From IMG/VR virus record IMGVR_UViG_3300042147_000020, positions 174,800 through 238,799 of that record: a stretch of 64,000 nucleotides of DNA, one strand, 5' to 3'. Positions 35,391 to 45,249 of the stretch are shown here, in pieces; position 1 is the stretch's first letter; each line of letters begins with the position of its first letter. The translations under genes were made by a program, and so were the position numbers. Under the pieces are notes generated by a model. The model was not told where the DNA came from and ran no database searches. It saw only the letters and a program-made list of their open reading frames with translations.

Positions 35391-37488
35391 TTGACGTATC
35401 CCCCATCTTCTTAATAGCCTCGGCTACAGCATCGGTAGTTTGGTGATAACGAACTTCAGCAGCCTTCTCGTGGATCTCTGCTACGAACTTGTCGAAGTCG
35501 ACAGGATTCATAACGCGAACATCCAACTTCTCAGCCTTAGTGAGTTTAGCCCCACCACCAACACCTGCTAACAATACATCGGTTTTCTTTGTTACGTCAC
35601 TCGACACGTTAGCCCCAAACCCAGCCAGCAGGTCTTTCAACTGATCACGTGAGTAATGATCGAAGGAACCTGTGATCGCCCAGTTCTGACCCGCCAAGTC
35701 TTGGTTGGCCGCATTGAACAGGGGGTTGTGGATCTCCAGTATTTCCAGCAGCGACGTGTACATCTCTTGGTTCTTTGGATCTTTGAACCAGTTGACGAGA
35801 CTCGTAGCTGTTTCATCACCGATGTCTTTGATGCTTTCGAAGTCATCGTAAGACGCATGGGCAATTTCACTGGCTGTAGCAAACCGACGCGACAACCGCT
35901 TGGAGGTACCTTCCCCCACTTCAGGGATACCCAAGCCAAACAGGAAATTGTGAAGGTTCTGCTTACGCGACGTCTGGATCGCTACGTAGTTGTCCCGAGC
36001 CGAAGTGGCAGCAAACCCTGGGAGTTCCAAGAAATCCGCTGGAGTCAGCTTGTACAGGTCTTGTGGGCGATGGATCTTCTCAGCCTCAATCAGTGAGTCC
36101 AAGGTAGCTGGACCAACACCGTCGATGTTCAGGGCGCCACGGGAAACGAAGTGTTCGAAACGACGCTGAGTCTGCGCAGAGCATTCCCAACCGTTCTGAC
36201 ACATCAGGTCTGCACCCACCTTCACCAGCTTGGAATCACACACCGGACAGTGAGTAGGAGGCTCTATCTGAGCATGTGGAGTGTTCTTCAGCACTACCCG
36301 CAGGATCTTGGGAATCACGTCACCAGCACGGCAAACACGAATCTCATCCAGCAACCCCAGACCCAGTCGAGTGACTTCGTCGTAGTTGTGCAGTGTCACT
36401 GAGGAAACTGTAACGCCTGCCAGATGCACTGGGAGGATCTTGGCCACAGGAGTAACCTGTCCGGTGCGTCCCACTTGGTTCACCACGTTCTGGAGTACAG
36501 ACGTAGCTTCCTGTGCTTGGAACTTGAGAGCCACAGCCCAACGAGGTTCACGGCTACGGAAGCCCAACTTACGCTGGAGTGCCAGTTCGTTAACCTTAAA
36601 CACCAACCCGTCAATCTCGTAAGCGAGGTTTGGGCGGGCCAACTCCATCAACTCCATGAAGTACGCAAAGTCTTTGGCGTTGTCGATTGGGAATGTCGGG
36701 TTGACATTGAAGCCCCACTCAGCAGCCTTCTCCAGTTGCTTCTCATGGGTAGGTTTGATCTCTTGGATCATTCCGTACATGTAGAAGGTCAAACCGCGAT
36801 CCTTCACCACACCGGAGTCAGACTGGCGCAAGGTACCTGCCGCAGCATTACGCGGGTTAGCCTTGGGTTCTTGTCCCTGAGCTATCAGACGTTCGTTCAA
36901 AGCGAGGAACTGTGCTTTATGCATGGTCACTTCACCACGCACTTCCAGCACAGCAGGCCAGTCCTCACCTTTCAGATCCAGAGGGATGCCTTCAACCATA
37001 CGTAGGTTGTCGGTTACGTCTTCCCCAACTTCCCCATCACCCCGAGTTACACCTTGAGCAAACACGCCGTCAATGTAACGCAACCCCACTGCCAAACCGT
37101 CGAGTTTCACCTCACCAGTGGCTTTTGGGTCTACATGACGCTCGCCTTCAGTTTCAGTCAGCCCTGTGAGGTTGTACCACTTCATCAGGTTGTCAAAGTC
37201 AAACACGTTACCCAAGCTGAGCATCGGGATTACGTGACGGACCTTTTGGAAGCCCCGTTCTTTGGGAGTGTGACCAACCCTCTGTGTCGGAGAATCTGGT
37301 GTGACCAAATCAGGACGTTGAAGTTCGAGGGAGACCAGTTCGCGGTAATGGCGATCATAGTCAGTATCAGCAATGGTCGGAGCATCGTTGTCATGATACT
37401 CCTCGTTCCATTTATTGATCAGTCCTCGAAGTTCGAGGATTCTTTCAGGAATATCCACGGCTTCTAAGCTCCGTATTAGATTAAGCAA
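35377..37488 (-). CDS. ligA: NAD-dependent DNA ligase
   Basis: YHDND, HVIPMLSL, KLDG, EVRGE, NPRNAAAG, IDGLVFK, VGRTG, CPVC zinc finger, C-terminal BRCT (TGS...VTKKTD..GG.K); start uncertain. Confidence 0.95.
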   Translation of the reverse strand: MLNLIRSLEAVDIPERILELRGLINKWNEEYHDNDAPTIADTDYDRHYRELVSLELQRPDLVTPDSPTQRVGHTPKERGFQKVRHVIPMLSLGNVFDFDNLMKWYNLTGLTETEGERHVDPKATGEVKLDGLAVGLRYIDGVFAQGVTRGDGEVGEDVTDNLRMVEGIPLDLKGEDWPAVLEVRGEVTMHKAQFLALNERLIAQGQEPKANPRNAAAGTLRQSDSGVVKDRGLTFYMYGMIQEIKPTHEKQLEKAAEWGFNVNPTFPIDNAKDFAYFMELMELARPNLAYEIDGLVFKVNELALQRKLGFRSREPRWAVALKFQAQEATSVLQNVVNQVGRTGQVTPVAKILPVHLAGVTVSSVTLHNYDEVTRLGLGLLDEIRVCRAGDVIPKILRVVLKNTPHAQIEPPTHCPVCDSKLVKVGADLMCQNGWECSAQTQRRFEHFVSRGALNIDGVGPATLDSLIEAEKIHRPQDLYKLTPADFLELPGFAATSARDNYVAIQTSRKQNLHNFLFGLGIPEVGEGTSKRLSRRFATASEIAHASYDDFESIKDIGDETATSLVNWFKDPKNQEMYTSLLEILEIHNPLFNAANQDLAGQNWAITGSFDHYSRDQLKDLLAGFGANVSSDVTKKTDVLLAGVGGGAKLTKAEKLDVRVMNPVDFDKFVAEIHEKAAEVRYHQTTDAVAEAIKKMGDTSSEKE

Positions 37489-37530
37489 AAAAAGAGTGAG
37501 GGGTTGGCCCTCCTCACTCTTACCACGGGT

Positions 37531-38427
37531 TTAGTCGGCCAGCATATACAAGCCGGAGTAAACCTTTTGCGGTTCGTTAATCAGCGTGGCGCTGGATTCG
37601 CCGGTAGCTGAATTGTAGGTCGCCGCCAGTTCCACGATGACCATGTCCAGATCCGGCTGGTCTTCACGACGGCTGTTGTAGCCGTGTGCGCGAGGGTAGC
37701 CCGGACCACGTGGGTCTTTCGGCTGAGGAGCTTCGACGACCAGGTAACGCGAAGTCTTGTTGACCATGTGACGAACCATGTCGCCAGCTTTGAACACCGG
37801 GCGTTCCTGTTGCAGGAGCACCGCCAGTTCGTCTTCAGCCAACGCCTTGGTAGTTTTGTCACTGAGGGCAATGATCTTCTCGACTTCTACACGATCAACC
37901 GGAGACAGGCTCACACCGGTGTATTCGGACAGGTCGAAGTAGACTTCACTTTCCACAACGAAGCAGAAGACGTGTTGCTTGTCGCCCACGATGAAGTGGA
38001 GCACACGTTCGCTGTCGATGGCGAAGTCTTGGGTAGACGCCAGCACTTCACCATTCAGGTACAGAGTGGCCGTTTGGCGCAGGCCTTTCTTGGAAGCGAT
38101 GTGGGAGAACCACGCATCACGATGGTTTGTACCGCCACCGAAACCGAACGGGTTGAAGTCATGGTAAGGACGGACAGGTTTGGCCTTGAAGGACTCTTCG
38201 ATTTTGGCGATAGCTTCAGCAACTACGGAGGAGACTGGGGACATTACTGTGGTACCTTTAATAGGGGATTGAACTTGGCCAACGGTGGCTTCGGGTTTGG
38301 TGGAGGGTAGTAGTTGGATAGCGGGCCTTACAACAGCCTGTTTCGCAGCAGCAGCTTTAGCGCCTGGCTTTGGACCTGGCTTCTTGGCTGGGTTTTCGGT
38401 TTTGTCTTTCGGGATTCCGCGTGGCAT
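37531..38427 (-). CDS. Hypothetical protein with K/P/A-rich N-terminus
   Basis: 298 aa; SD AAGGA. Confidence 0.65.
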   Translation of the reverse strand: MPRGIPKDKTENPAKKPGPKPGAKAAAAKQAVVRPAIQLLPSTKPEATVGQVQSPIKGTTVMSPVSSVVAEAIAKIEESFKAKPVRPYHDFNPFGFGGGTNHRDAWFSHIASKKGLRQTATLYLNGEVLASTQDFAIDSERVLHFIVGDKQHVFCFVVESEVYFDLSEYTGVSLSPVDRVEVEKIIALSDKTTKALAEDELAVLLQQERPVFKAGDMVRHMVNKTSRYLVVEAPQPKDPRGPGYPRAHGYNSRREDQPDLDMVIVELAATYNSATGESSATLINEPQKVYSGLYMLAD

Positions 38428-38449
38428 ACTTCAGTCCTTTCTTTAGGAT

Positions 38450-38701
38450 TTAGGCTTGGTTGTGGTACTTGTTACGGATTTGCTCTACACGGAGTTTGAC
38501 TTCCATAGAGAGGTACTCTTGATGCACACTCTGATCAGCACGACCAACCAGAGTGAGTGCTTCGGAGCCGTCTTTGGACATACCCGGTGGGAATTCGATA
38601 TAATGACGACCATTCTTACTGGTGAACCTTACGCGTGAGCGAATGGTCTCCAAGAAGTTGATGGCTTGTTGCAGTTCTGCTTCGTCAATCTTCACGATCA
38701 T
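38450..38701 (-). CDS. Hypothetical protein
   Basis: 83 aa; SD GAGGAGAG. Confidence 0.6.
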   Translation of the reverse strand: MIVKIDEAELQQAINFLETIRSRVRFTSKNGRHYIEFPPGMSKDGSEALTLVGRADQSVHQEYLSMEVKLRVEQIRNKYHNQA

Positions 38702-38806
38702 GTACAGCTCTCCTCAGAGCAGTCGGATAGAGATAGGGAATAAAGAACCCCTATCTCTATTCTTTTTAAGAACAGGTTTGTTTGGTCATTATATCAGCCG
38801 GAGCTG

Positions 38807-38911
38807 TTAAGAATTACGGGTGTAGCTTTCAGCCTTGTAACGCTCGATGTTCAGATCAGAACGATTGGACTCAGGACTTTCCACCAACTTATCCAAGCCT
38901 TCCAGATTCAT
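38807..38911 (-). CDS. Micro-ORF (34 aa), not in the ORF track
   Basis: ATGA overlap with the stop of 38908-39708; MNLEGLDKLVESPESNRSDLNIERYKAESYTRNS. Confidence 0.4.
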   Translation of the reverse strand: MNLEGLDKLVESPESNRSDLNIERYKAESYTRNS

Positions 38912-39708
38912 TTGCGATTCTTCGGGTCCCATTGGGTTCCCTCCAGTAGATAGTCGAGTTTGCCTTCAGAGGCTTCCTGAATTGCTTGCTCACGATCCAG
39001 TAGGTCTTCAGGGGTCAGGACTTCAGGTTCACCCGCACACACTGGGTCTAGATACACCGCCATGGTCTCATTCCGCACAGACTGAGAGGTTTCCTTAGTC
39101 AGGTCTACGAACTGAGCGATGTGGGAGAACCGACCACCTGTAGACGGATACGGGATGTCGTAGTCGTGTCCCAAGTCTACCGGAATAGGTATCAGGTCTT
39201 CCGCTGTAGGGATATACAGTTCAACCACCCCAGTGATCCCAGGGATACTCCAGTCGGTGCGAGTGATCTTCCAGAGGTGACCAGCGTGTTGGAACAGATA
39301 CGCATTGGTTATCGTCACCTCAGGACACAGGTTAGTGTGGAAGATCGCTTCATCAGAGTCTGGAGCGACCATCCGAACCAAGTGATCCCCGAATGGGTAC
39401 AACACACCGTCTTTATAGACAGTCACCAGATCAGTAGCGTTGTTGAACTCTTCGACCTGCTCAGGGGTAGGTTTGAAAGCACGTTTGTGCGCCCCAGCAC
39501 GAACACCGATGCGATCCAGCTCCAACTGCTCACGAGCAGACAACACTTGCTCACGCTTACCGGAGTCTCTAAGGGAAACCCCTTTGATCTCGGTCAGTTC
39601 CGTAATCCCTTCATTACCCAACCGTTGGGCTACACGTTCGAGGTAATCCTTGGACGCTGATAGCCCTGGGTTATAAACCCCATTGTTCCAACCACGTTTA
39701 TCAGACAT
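38908..39708 (-). CDS. Hypothetical protein
   Basis: About 266 aa; SD GGAG. Confidence 0.65.
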   Translation of the reverse strand: MSDKRGWNNGVYNPGLSASKDYLERVAQRLGNEGITELTEIKGVSLRDSGKREQVLSAREQLELDRIGVRAGAHKRAFKPTPEQVEEFNNATDLVTVYKDGVLYPFGDHLVRMVAPDSDEAIFHTNLCPEVTITNAYLFQHAGHLWKITRTDWSIPGITGVVELYIPTAEDLIPIPVDLGHDYDIPYPSTGGRFSHIAQFVDLTKETSQSVRNETMAVYLDPVCAGEPEVLTPEDLLDREQAIQEASEGKLDYLLEGTQWDPKNRK

Positions 39709-40232
39709 CATTGGTCTCCCTTGAGAACATTCTTGATTTTGTCACGGAGAGCTTGGGACTCAGGTGACTTGGCGACCTCATCCAGAATTGCATCGGCGCC
39801 CGGAGGAACAGGACGATAGTCTTGATCCCCGTACTTCTCCCAGTGTTCACGGATTGGGTTCTTCCGTGGAACAGGTTTGTGGGATTCACGGTCGATAATG
39901 TTCAGAAGCTCTGTATCAGACAGACCGCGTACCGAGTCGCGCATGTACTCTTCGTGACCCCGTTCGTCTTCACGGGTACGGATCGGTGCTGCGCGAGAGA
40001 TTGCTTGGCGGTTCTGAGCATCGTGTTGCCGAAACATCTCTTGGCGTTGGGGAGAGACAGGGAGCGAGTCACTACCCGCCCAGGCTGTACCGAAGTGCGG
40101 CTGAAACAATTTCTCAGCCACATGGTGAGGGATCGTCAGTACGTCACGTGGACTAGCTCGCTTCGAGGCTTTCTTGATAACCTTTTTCTTTGGAGCTTTC
40201 TGCTTAACGTGACGCTTGTTAGACTTTTTCAT
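39708..40232 (-). CDS. Hypothetical protein with very basic N-terminus
   Basis: MKKSNKRHVKQKAPKKKVIKK; follows an early promoter. Confidence 0.65.
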   Translation of the reverse strand: MKKSNKRHVKQKAPKKKVIKKASKRASPRDVLTIPHHVAEKLFQPHFGTAWAGSDSLPVSPQRQEMFRQHDAQNRQAISRAAPIRTREDERGHEEYMRDSVRGLSDTELLNIIDRESHKPVPRKNPIREHWEKYGDQDYRPVPPGADAILDEVAKSPESQALRDKIKNVLKGDQ

Positions 40233-40272
40233 TCTGATCTCCTCAGATCGTTTAGGTTAGTTATGCCCTTAG

Positions 40273-40290
40273 GTAATATATACTTGAAAT
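40273..40290 (-). promoter_or_regulatory. Early promoter ATTTCAAGTA-TATATTAC
   Basis: Exact TATATTAC core plus upstream TTTCAA, 40 nt before 40232. Confidence 0.7.
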
Positions 40291-40440
40291 TTGGTTGGTT
40301 AGAGGGAGTGTTTAGTTACATACGCAGTGTACCCTATGTTGGTTTTGGGGATTGTTTTTGACAGGCAATTTTGGAACCTAATGTTATAGTCACGGACTAA
40401 TTACTGTCCCCTGTTAGTAGCCAAATTTAAGGTTTGAGTC

Positions 40441-42948
40441 ATGATTAGAGAGATGATCAAGTTTGACGGTTCCAGCGAACCCTTCATTGCCGAGAAGGCC
40501 AAGAAGTGGAGCCAGTGGGCAGGTCGTAAACTCGGCAACCGTGTGGATTGGGCTAGCATCCTCCTCGATGCGGTCAATGAGTGTCCTCCGGTCCTGAGCA
40601 CTCAAGAGTTCCAGGAAAAGCTGGTTGACGTCACTTTGCGTGGCGAGAGTTGGGCACACTACCTGATGGCAGGTAAGCTGTATGCCCCACTGATCATGAA
40701 AAAGACCTTCGGACAGACTGTACCGACTGTACGTGAACTCCACTTGTCGCTGGCCGAGAAAGGCTATATGTACAAGCTGGACTACTCGGAAGCTGAATAC
40801 GCCGAAGTAGAAAAGCTGATCCAGCACAAGAAAGACCAGACTTACCCGCATTTCCGCAGCGAATACATCTACAAGAAGTACGCTCTGCAAAACCGTATCG
40901 GCTCTGAGCGCAATGTCTACGAGACACCACAGTTCGTGTACATGCGTATGGCCATGGCTCTCTCTGAAGAGCAGCCGCGTGAACGTCGTATGACTGACGT
41001 TGCCAAGTTCTACGAGCACTTGTCGGACGCTCGTATCAATGCCCCGACTCCAAACTACGTGAACCTGGGTACTCCTCTGCGTGGTTTCGCCTCTTGCTGC
41101 ATTTACAGCAACGAAGACACCGCTGCCTCGATCGGTATCGGTCTACACATTGCTTACACCATGACCTACATGTCTGCTGGTTGCGGTACTCACCTGAACA
41201 CTCGCTCGCTGGGTGACGCCGTTCGTGGTGGCATGATCAAACACCAAGGTAAACTCCCATACGTCCGTGCTACCAAGGCGATGGTTGAGGCCAACCTGCA
41301 AAACGGGCGTGGTGGTGCTGACACGCTGACCTACAGCATGTTCGATCCTGAAAACGAAACCATGCTGCAACTCCAGAACCCGATGTCGGTGGAAGAGAAG
41401 CAGATCCGTGGTATCGACTACTCGGTCACTGTGAGCAAGTTCATCGCTCGCTTCGCTGGTGCCAAGGGCAAGCTGTTCAAGTTCAACTGCTTCACGGCTC
41501 CTGACCTGTACGAAGCCTTCTACTCGGCAGACTTCGCCAAGTTCGAAGAGCTGTACGCCAAGTATGAAGCTGATCCACTTTTCGTCAAGGAGTACTTCAA
41601 CGCTCGTGAGCTGGTACTGGTAGCTCTGACTGAAGCTCTGGAAACCGGTCGTTACTACGTGACCTGGGCTGACGAGATGAATCGTCACACCCCGTTCTAC
41701 GATTCGATCTTCGCTTCCAACCTGTGCCAAGAGATCATGCTACCTCAGCGTGGTTATCGCCACATGATGGACCTGTACTCCAGCTCGGCTGTGGGTTACA
41801 TCAAGCTGACCACTACTGACGGCAACCGCATCAAGCTGGATGCACCGCAGAAGGTCTGGGTAGATCGTGCTCCGGCGGCAAACGCTGGGCCTGGACGTAT
41901 CGGTCGTCAAGCCATTGCTGCGATCGAGTTGGGTCCTGATGAATCGTTCCGCACCGTCAAGAACGGCCTGACCTACAAAGTCGCCACTATTGACGAGATC
42001 AAGCACGAGCCAGAAGTGGCTATGTGTAACATCGGTGGTGTGGTTCCAGCCAACATCGAAAGCGACGAGCAGTGGGCAGAAGTTGCTTACTACACCTTGC
42101 TGATGATCGACATCTGTATCCACAAGGCCGAATACGAACTACCACACATCGGGTTCACCTCGAAGGCACGTATGAACGCCGGTGTTGGTCTGATGGGTGT
42201 TGCTACCTGGATGGCCAAGAACAATTACAAGTATAGCAGTCAAGAAGGTAAGAACGCTCTGTTCCACCTCGACGAAACGCACATGTACCACCTGATCACT
42301 CAGTCGATCAAGTTGGGCAAAGAGCGTGGCAATGCTGAATGGATGCACCGTACCGCTTGGCCAGAAGGTTACCTACCGCAAGACAGTGCTAACCAGAACG
42401 TACTCGAACTGGTAACGGTGGGTCCTGCTCGTGATTGGGCTCCGGTTCGTCAAGACCTGATCGACAACGAAGGCATGCGCTTCTCTTGCGTCAACTCCCA
42501 CATGCCGGGTGAGTCCAGCTCGAAAGCTGCTGGTCAACCAAACGGTCGTTACCCAGTGCGTGACGTTGTGATGACCAAGACCGACAACGGCATTGTGTCG
42601 CGTTGGGCTGCTCCTGAGGGCGACCTGTGGGGTGATCGTTACGAGATCGCATGGGACGTTCCACCAGATGACCAGATCGACAGCTACGCCGTCGGCCAGT
42701 ACTGGTGTGACCAAGGGATGTCGGCAGACCAATGGCGGCGTTTGCCACAAGGTGAGACTGTAGGTTCGGCTGAACTGCTGAAAGGCTTCTTCCGCATGAC
42801 CAAATACGGGTTCAAGTCTCGTTACTACTACAACACTCTGACCACCGAAGCCAAAGTTCTGAGCAACGGTGAGATCGTGATGGTTGAAGTGCGTAACACC
42901 GACAAGGCTCCTGAAGCTGACTGCGGCGCTGGTGGCTGCAAAATGTAA
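40441..42948 (+). CDS. nrdA: Ribonucleotide reductase class Ia alpha subunit
   Basis: ATP-cone-like N-terminus, FASCC, SNLCQE, AMCNIGG, RYYYN, C-terminal CGAGGC. Confidence 0.95.
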   Translation: MIREMIKFDGSSEPFIAEKAKKWSQWAGRKLGNRVDWASILLDAVNECPPVLSTQEFQEKLVDVTLRGESWAHYLMAGKLYAPLIMKKTFGQTVPTVRELHLSLAEKGYMYKLDYSEAEYAEVEKLIQHKKDQTYPHFRSEYIYKKYALQNRIGSERNVYETPQFVYMRMAMALSEEQPRERRMTDVAKFYEHLSDARINAPTPNYVNLGTPLRGFASCCIYSNEDTAASIGIGLHIAYTMTYMSAGCGTHLNTRSLGDAVRGGMIKHQGKLPYVRATKAMVEANLQNGRGGADTLTYSMFDPENETMLQLQNPMSVEEKQIRGIDYSVTVSKFIARFAGAKGKLFKFNCFTAPDLYEAFYSADFAKFEELYAKYEADPLFVKEYFNARELVLVALTEALETGRYYVTWADEMNRHTPFYDSIFASNLCQEIMLPQRGYRHMMDLYSSSAVGYIKLTTTDGNRIKLDAPQKVWVDRAPAANAGPGRIGRQAIAAIELGPDESFRTVKNGLTYKVATIDEIKHEPEVAMCNIGGVVPANIESDEQWAEVAYYTLLMIDICIHKAEYELPHIGFTSKARMNAGVGLMGVATWMAKNNYKYSSQEGKNALFHLDETHMYHLITQSIKLGKERGNAEWMHRTAWPEGYLPQDSANQNVLELVTVGPARDWAPVRQDLIDNEGMRFSCVNSHMPGESSSKAAGQPNGRYPVRDVVMTKTDNGIVSRWAAPEGDLWGDRYEIAWDVPPDDQIDSYAVGQYWCDQGMSADQWRRLPQGETVGSAELLKGFFRMTKYGFKSRYYYNTLTTEAKVLSNGEIVMVEVRNTDKAPEADCGAGGCKM

Positions 42949-43007
42949 TACTGGTTGGGCGTTCTGGGGAGCGCCCTTTCCTTTAATAGTCTTTAGAGAG
43001 TGTTCTC

Positions 43008-44174
43008 GTGACAGTACCAGTAATGATTCAAACGGGGTTTTCTAAAACTCCACCGCAGATTGATCCAGCCATCTTCAACACTAACAAAACGGATTACCAG
43101 AACACCAGCCTGTTGCTAGGGCAACCTGGGGGTTTGTTCGACACGGTGAATAAGCAGTTTCCACAAGTCTGGAAGTTGTACAAGACTGTGAAGTCACTCG
43201 ATTGGGATGAACTAGAGATCCCGATGTCTTCTTGTAAGGCTGAGTTCAAGTCTCTGCCTCGCACCAAATCCCAAAAGATGATCAAGTCTCTGGCTTGGCA
43301 ATGGGAAGCTGACTCTGTTGCATCTCGCAGCATCAGTCACATCGTCAGCCTGTTCAACCCGGCTCCAGAACTATGGGCCGCTTGGCAGCGTATCTCTGAC
43401 CAAGAAGTGATCCACGCGGCGACCTACTCCGAGATCGTTCGGGCTAGCTTCGACAACCCTCGTGAAGTCCTCGACAAGATCCTGGAAGTTACCGAGGCCA
43501 TGCAACGCTTGGAAACGGTTGCAATAGAGATGCGATGGATTCGTGAGCGTGGCTTGCGTTTCCAACTGGGTGAATTCCCGGCTGACCAAGAAACCTACAA
43601 CGCAGCGTTCATGTTTGCGTTCGTGATGTTTGTACTGGAACGTTTGCAGTTCATGGCATCGTTCGGTGTAACCTTCGCATTGGCCGCTGAAGACCTCTTC
43701 ATCCCGATCTGCAAGATGGTACAGAAGATCGCACAAGACGAGTACGAGACTCACTGTGCGTTGGACTTCGCTGTCCTGCAACACGAGATGACAACTGAGC
43801 GTGGGCAGATTGCTTACCAACAGTTGCGTCCTCGCATGAACCGTGTGTTGAACGAAGTCATCGCCTGTGAACTGAACTGGTCGGACTTCGTGTACTGGGA
43901 CGAGGAAACTGAAACCTACGTCGAAGACCTGAAGTACTGTTCCCGTGCTCAGCTCAAAGACTCCGTCCTGTTCCATGCAACCTACGTGTCTCGTTCGATG
44001 CGTTTGGACATGGAGTACCCGCAAGTCGAGAACCTGCCGCTCCACTACATGAAGACCTGGATGAACATGGGTGACACCCAACCTTCACCACAGGAACAAG
44101 CTAACGCTCAGTACAAGGTAAACGTCGTTGTTCGCGATGACGAAGACGTGGACTTCGATGTCTCTGGTTTCTAA
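43008..44174 (+). CDS. nrdB: Ribonucleotide reductase class Ia beta subunit
   Basis: WEADS, EVIHAATY (radical Tyr), LERLQFMASF, QDEYETH, SPQEQ. Confidence 0.92.
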   Translation: MTVPVMIQTGFSKTPPQIDPAIFNTNKTDYQNTSLLLGQPGGLFDTVNKQFPQVWKLYKTVKSLDWDELEIPMSSCKAEFKSLPRTKSQKMIKSLAWQWEADSVASRSISHIVSLFNPAPELWAAWQRISDQEVIHAATYSEIVRASFDNPREVLDKILEVTEAMQRLETVAIEMRWIRERGLRFQLGEFPADQETYNAAFMFAFVMFVLERLQFMASFGVTFALAAEDLFIPICKMVQKIAQDEYETHCALDFAVLQHEMTTERGQIAYQQLRPRMNRVLNEVIACELNWSDFVYWDEETETYVEDLKYCSRAQLKDSVLFHATYVSRSMRLDMEYPQVENLPLHYMKTWMNMGDTQPSPQEQANAQYKVNVVVRDDEDVDFDVSGF

Positions 44175-44185
44175 AGGGGTGCCTC

Positions 44186-44293
44186 ATGGAAGAATCGTTA
44201 AAGCTGTGCTTGTTGATTGCTGGCGTCGTTTTATCCATTGGTCTGTCGGGTTACTGGTTGTGGGTGTGTGGTTGTCGTAAGGGGCATTGTTGA
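44186..44293 (+). CDS. Micro membrane protein (35 aa), not in the ORF track
   Basis: SD AAGGGG; single TM; TGATG coupling to the next gene. Confidence 0.5.
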   Translation: MEESLKLCLLIAGVVLSIGLSGYWLWVCGCRKGHC

Positions 44294-44562
44294 TGGAACC
44301 GCTGTCGTTTGATATTATGGATCGTCTACGGGTTTGCTTTGAATCCAGAGAGTACAAGATCCGTCATGAACACTGTTCAGGTTACGTCCTGCTCAGTGAT
44401 GGTAAGGAACGGTACTTCAAGATCGTCAACGGTCTGTGTAAGCCCGAAGAAGTAGAACATCTGTTCAACTGTACGGGTATCGCTCAAGTCATCGTCCGTA
44501 ACGTTCCAGGGGCCTTGACCTGCGAGTACGTCAACACCGCTGAACATGGTTTCACGTACTAA
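44293..44562 (+). CDS. Hypothetical protein
   Basis: About 89 aa, last gene before the terminator. Confidence 0.55.
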   Translation: MEPLSFDIMDRLRVCFESREYKIRHEHCSGYVLLSDGKERYFKIVNGLCKPEEVEHLFNCTGIAQVIVRNVPGALTCEYVNTAEHGFTY

Positions 44563-44565
44563 CAG

Positions 44566-44609
44566 AAAAAAAAAAAAGAAGGGGTGAGAGCCCCTTCTTT
44601 TATGCCGTC
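44566..44609. terminator. Bidirectional terminator
   Basis: A-tract-GAAGGGG-tgaga-GCCCCTTC-TTTTATGCCGTC. Confidence 0.75.
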
Positions 44610-44613
44610 TTAC

Positions 44614-45228
44614 TTAGCCCGGCATTGGGTTGCACTTGTGGACGAGGAACAACAGGACATCTTCGCGCTGGTTGACCAAGTTGCCACGAGCCTCGACTTC
44701 TTCGAACTGACTACCAATCACTTCAACGCTACTGTAGAGATTGCGCTTGGCTTCCTGAAGAGTCAGGATCAAGTTAAAGCAATCCGAACGATCGGTCTCT
44801 AGGCGAGAGAACCCGCCTTGACAGTCTAGGTACTTCGCGAGGTTGTCACCGGCCCAGTGACGGATAGTCGAATCGTACGCCTGACCAGTCACGTCGAAGG
44901 CAGTGTTACGCAGGTAATCGTACCCGTGGTTCACCGCATCCCAGGTAACCCGTTGTGGTAGAATCACAATGTGACGATTCAGTTGATCCGTCTGGTGGGT
45001 CATCGCGCAACGGACGTGGATCGGACGACAGCCGAAATACGTTGGTTGGCGACGCACGTGAGCCTCCAGCGCAGCGTGTGCCTGATCCTTCAAGCTGTCA
45101 AACGAGTAAGCACCACTCGGTGGTAAAGAAGTGCTGTAATGATTCCACAGTTCCTTCAGACGACGCAGGTCAAGTTCATTGAGGATGTCTCCACCGTCAA
45201 CCGACATCGTAATATCAATAATAGCCAT
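44614..45228 (-). CDS. Hypothetical protein
   Basis: Start MAIIDI after GGAG. Confidence 0.6.
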   Translation of the reverse strand: MAIIDITMSVDGGDILNELDLRRLKELWNHYSTSLPPSGAYSFDSLKDQAHAALEAHVRRQPTYFGCRPIHVRCAMTHQTDQLNRHIVILPQRVTWDAVNHGYDYLRNTAFDVTGQAYDSTIRHWAGDNLAKYLDCQGGFSRLETDRSDCFNLILTLQEAKRNLYSSVEVIGSQFEEVEARGNLVNQREDVLLFLVHKCNPMPG

Positions 45229-45249
45229 GTGAACTCCAAAGTTCAAAGA

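Noticed and set aside
27641-42948. Active inteins or group I introns in DnaB, LigA or NrdA
   Set aside because: No Cys/Ser...His-Asn splice junctions, no LAGLIDADG/HNH ORFs, and reading frames are uninterrupted.
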